This document shows, one piece after another, positions 60,401 through 64,000 of a stretch of DNA of 64,000 nt (the first letter of the stretch is position 1; each line of letters starts with the position of its first letter). The notes beneath the pieces were generated by a model. The model was given only the letters and a program-made list of their open reading frames with translations. It did no database searches and had not been told where the DNA came from. The position numbers and the translations under genes are program-made. The stretch lies in NCBI RefSeq assembly GCF_009914755.1, contig NC_060948.1; one strand, 5' to 3'. Origin of the DNA: the human T2T-CHM13v2.0 reference genome, Homo sapiens.

Positions 60401-63400
60401 TCGAATGGAATGGAATTCTTAGGAACGGAATGGAAAGGAGTGCAATGATTTGGCATGGAATGGAATCGAATGGCATCGAATGGAGTGGAATGGAATGCAA
60501 TGGAATGGAATGTATTAGAATGTAATGAACATTAATGGAATGTACTCTAATGGATTCGACTGGAATGGAATGTTCTGGAAGTGAAAGGACTCCAATGGAA
60601 TGGATTTGAAAGGAATGGAATCTAATGGAATGGAATTAAATGGAAACGAATCAAATTGAATAGCACGGAATTGAATTGAATGGAATCGAATGCAATGGAA
60701 TCTAATGAAATGGAAAGGAAAGGAATGGAATGGAATGGAATGGGCTGGAGTTGAATGGAATCGATACGAATGGAATGGAATAGAACTGAAGAGACTGGAA
60801 TGGAATTCACTGGAATGGAAGGGAGTGTAATGGAAGGATCTCGAAAAAAATGGAATCGAATGGAATGGAATTGAATGGAACGGAATAGAGTCGAATGGAA
60901 TTCAATGGAATTGAATGGACTAGAGTGAAATGGAATCGAACCACAAGGAATGGACAGGAATAGAATGGTCTCGAATTGAATGGAATCGTATGGAATGGCA
61001 TCAAACGGAATGGAATGGACAGCCACGGAATGGAATGCACTCGAATGCAATGGAATCGAAACTAATGGACTGGAATAGAATGGACTCGACTGGTACGGAC
61101 TCCAATGGAATGGAATCGAAAGGAAGGGAATCGAACGGAATGGACTCGAAGGGAAAAGACTGCAATGGAAAGGTCTCGAATGGAATGGAAATTAATGGAA
61201 TGGAATGGAATCGAATGAAATGGAGTCAAAAGGAATGGAATCGAATGGCAAGAAATCGAATGTAATGGAATCGCAAGGAATTGATGTGAACGGAACGGAA
61301 TGGAATGGAATCCAAAGGAATGGAATAGAATGGAATGGAATCGAATGGAAAGGACTCGAATGGAAATCACTCGAATAGAATGCAATTTAATAAAATAGGA
61401 TCAAATGTAATGGAATGGAATGGAAAGGAATCGAAACGAAAGGAATGGAGACAGATGGAATGGAATGGAACAGAGAGCAATGGTATAGAATGGAATGGAA
61501 TCATCTGGAATGGAATTGAATGGAATGGAATAACATGAAATGGAATGGAATGGAATGGAATGCCCTTGAATTAAATGGACTGGAATGGAATGGACTCGAA
61601 CAGAGTGTAATGGAAAGTGTTGAAATAGAATGGAATGGACTCCTTTGGAATGGTCTAGTATGCAATGCAATCGACCGGCAGGGAATCAAAAGGAATGTAA
61701 TCGAATGGATTGGACTGGAATGCAATGGACTCGAATAGATTGGAAACGGAATGCAAAGGAATGGAATGGAATAGTATGGAATGGAATGGAAAGGAATGGA
61801 GTGGAATAGACTAGAGTGGAATGGAATGGACTGGAAAGCAATGGACTGGAATGGAACTTTCCTGAATGGACTGGAATCAAACGGAATGGAATGCAATGCA
61901 ATCAAATGGCATGGAATAAGATAGAATGAAAGAGAATCAAATGGAATTGAATGGAATGGAATCGAATGGATTGGAAAGGAATAGAATGGAATGGAATGGA
62001 ATTGACTCAAATGGAATGGACTAGAATGGAATGGATTCGAATGGAAGGCAAAGGAATGGAATCTATTGGAATGGACTGTAATGGAATGGAATGGAAGGGA
62101 TTGGAATGGACTCGAATGGAATGGACTGCAATAGAAAGGATTCGAATGGAATGAAAAAGAATTGAATGGAATAGAACAGAATGGAATCAAATCGAATGAA
62201 ATGGAATGGAATAGAAAGGAATGGAATGAAATGGAATGGAAAGGATTCGAATGGAATGCAATCGAATGGAATGGAATCGAACGGAATGGAATAAAATGGA
62301 AGAAAACTGGCAAGAAATGGAATCGAAATGAATGGAGTGTTATGGAACGGACTCAAAAGGAATTGAATGTAATAGAATGGAGTGGAGTGGACTCGAATAT
62401 AATGGACTGGATTGGAATGAAATCACATGGAATGGGAACGAATGGAATGGAATGGAAAGGAATGGAATCGAATGGAAAGGAATCGAATGGAAGAGAATGA
62501 AATTGAATCAACAGGAATGGAAGGGAATAGAATAGACGGTAATGGAATGGACTCGAATAGAATGGACACGAATGCTCAAATTGAATGGACTCGAATGGAA
62601 TGGAAACGAAAGGAATGTCATCGAATGGAATTGAATCGATTGGAATGAAATCGCATAGAATGGAGTGGAATCAAATGGAATTGAATCGAAAGGAAAGGAA
62701 GCGAATGGACTGAAATGAAATGGAATGGAATTGAATGGAAAGTAATGCAATGGAATAGAATGGAACGAAATTTCACGGAATGGAATGAAACTGAATGGAA
62801 TCAAATCAATGGAATCTAATCAAGTGGAATGGAAAGGAATTGAATGGAGTAGATTGGATTGGATGGGATTGGAATGAAATGTACTGGAAAGGACTCGAGT
62901 TTCATGAAACGGAATGGAATGAATTGGAACGGAATGGACTCGAATGGAATGGAATGTCATGGAATGGCATCAAATGGAATGGCATCAAACGGAATGGAAT
63001 CGAATGCAATGGAATGCTATGGAATGGAATGGAATGCATTGGAATGGAATGTCCTCTAATGGAATGGATTCGAGTGGAATGGAATCGAATATAATGGAGT
63101 CGAATGAAATGGAATTGAAAGGAATGGGATCGAATACAATGGAATATACTGGAATGTAATGTAATGAACTCGAATGTAATTGACTGGAATGGAATGTACA
63201 TGAATGGAATGTAATCGAATGGAAAGTAATCCAATGGAATAGAATCTAATGCAATAAAATCGACTCAGATAGAGTAGAATGTAATGGAATGGAGTGCAGT
63301 GCAAAGGAATGGAATGGAATGGAATGCAATGGAATGGAATGGAATGGAATGGAATGGAATGGGATGGAATGGTATGGAATGGATCGTAATGGACTGGAGT

Positions 63401-64000
63401 GAAATGGACTGGAAATGAATGGAGTCAAATTGAAAGGGCTCGAAAGGAATGGAGTCAAAAGGAATGGTCTGGAATGGAATGAACACGAATGTAATGCAAT
63501 CCAATAGAATGGAATCGAATGGCATGGAATATAAAGAAATGGAATCGAAGAGAATGGAAACAAATGGAATGGAATTGAATGGAATGGAATTGAATGGAAT
63601 GGGAACGAATGGAGTGAAATTGTATGCAGTAGAAGAGAATAGAATGGAATGCAAGCGAAAGGAAAGGAATGGATTGGAATGGAATGGAATTCATTGGAAT
63701 GGAAGGGAATGTAGTGTAATGGACAGGCCTGGAATAAAGTGGAATGCTACGGTCTCAAATGGAATAAAAATATATGGAATGGAATGCAATGAAACGGAAT
63801 CGAATGTCATAGAATGTAATGGAATGCAAAAAAATGGAATCCAAAATCATTGACTGGAAAGGCTGGGTGTCGAAAGGAATTGACTCCAATGGAATGGAAT
63901 CGGATGGAATGGAAGTGAATAGAATCGAACTAAATCGAATGGAATGGAATTGATAGGAACGGAATGGAAAGGAATGCAATGATTTGGCATGGAATGGAAT

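Larger units (their letters stand above)
10406..64000 (+). repeat. DYZ1 / HSat3 array: diverged (GGAAT)n pentamers in ~3.5-kb units, GGAAT strand on +
   Basis: The once-per-unit landmark ggacAGGCCt (HaeIII/StuI site) recurs at ~15301, 18840, 21262, 24816, 28345, 31903, 35427, 38981, 42535, 46089, 49609, 53124, 56654, 60192, 63726. Spacings are 3515-3558 bp apart from one of 2422. This is consistent with the known ~3.56-kb Y-specific DYZ1 unit. Confidence 0.95.

Noticed and set aside
10457-63979. Hundreds of ORFs up to 318 aa (MEWNG-type and IPFHS-type)
   Set aside because: Direct translation of (GGAAT)n/(ATTCC)n, whose pure form has no stop codon. No domains are recognisable, and lengths change between units with indels. 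This is a known source of spurious proteins.
10406-64000. CRISPR-like or telomeric array
   Set aside because: No constant repeat with unique spacers, no cas genes and no TTAGGG; Alu elements show the sequence is primate.

Overview
Non-coding satellite DNA, recognisable as human Y-chromosome Yq12 heterochromatin spanning a DYZ2-to-DYZ1 boundary. Positions 1-10405 are the end of a DYZ2 (HSat1B) array: about 4.3 tandem ~2.42-kb units, each made of an extremely AT-rich segment, a minus-strand diverged Alu and a ~565-bp HSATI-type segment. The last unit is truncated and diverged. Positions 10406-64000 are a DYZ1 (HSat3) array of diverged (GGAAT)n pentamers in ~3.51-3.56-kb units (about 15.5 units). 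There are no credible protein-coding genes, RNA genes or CRISPR arrays; all ORFs are repeat artefacts. I found no convincing new gene system. The most interesting signals are three perfect heat-shock elements per DYZ1 unit, a sharp junction with diverged flanks, two microhomology-bounded deletions, and a nested, patchwork history of unit duplication readable from shared variants. All comparisons were made by eye, without alignment.
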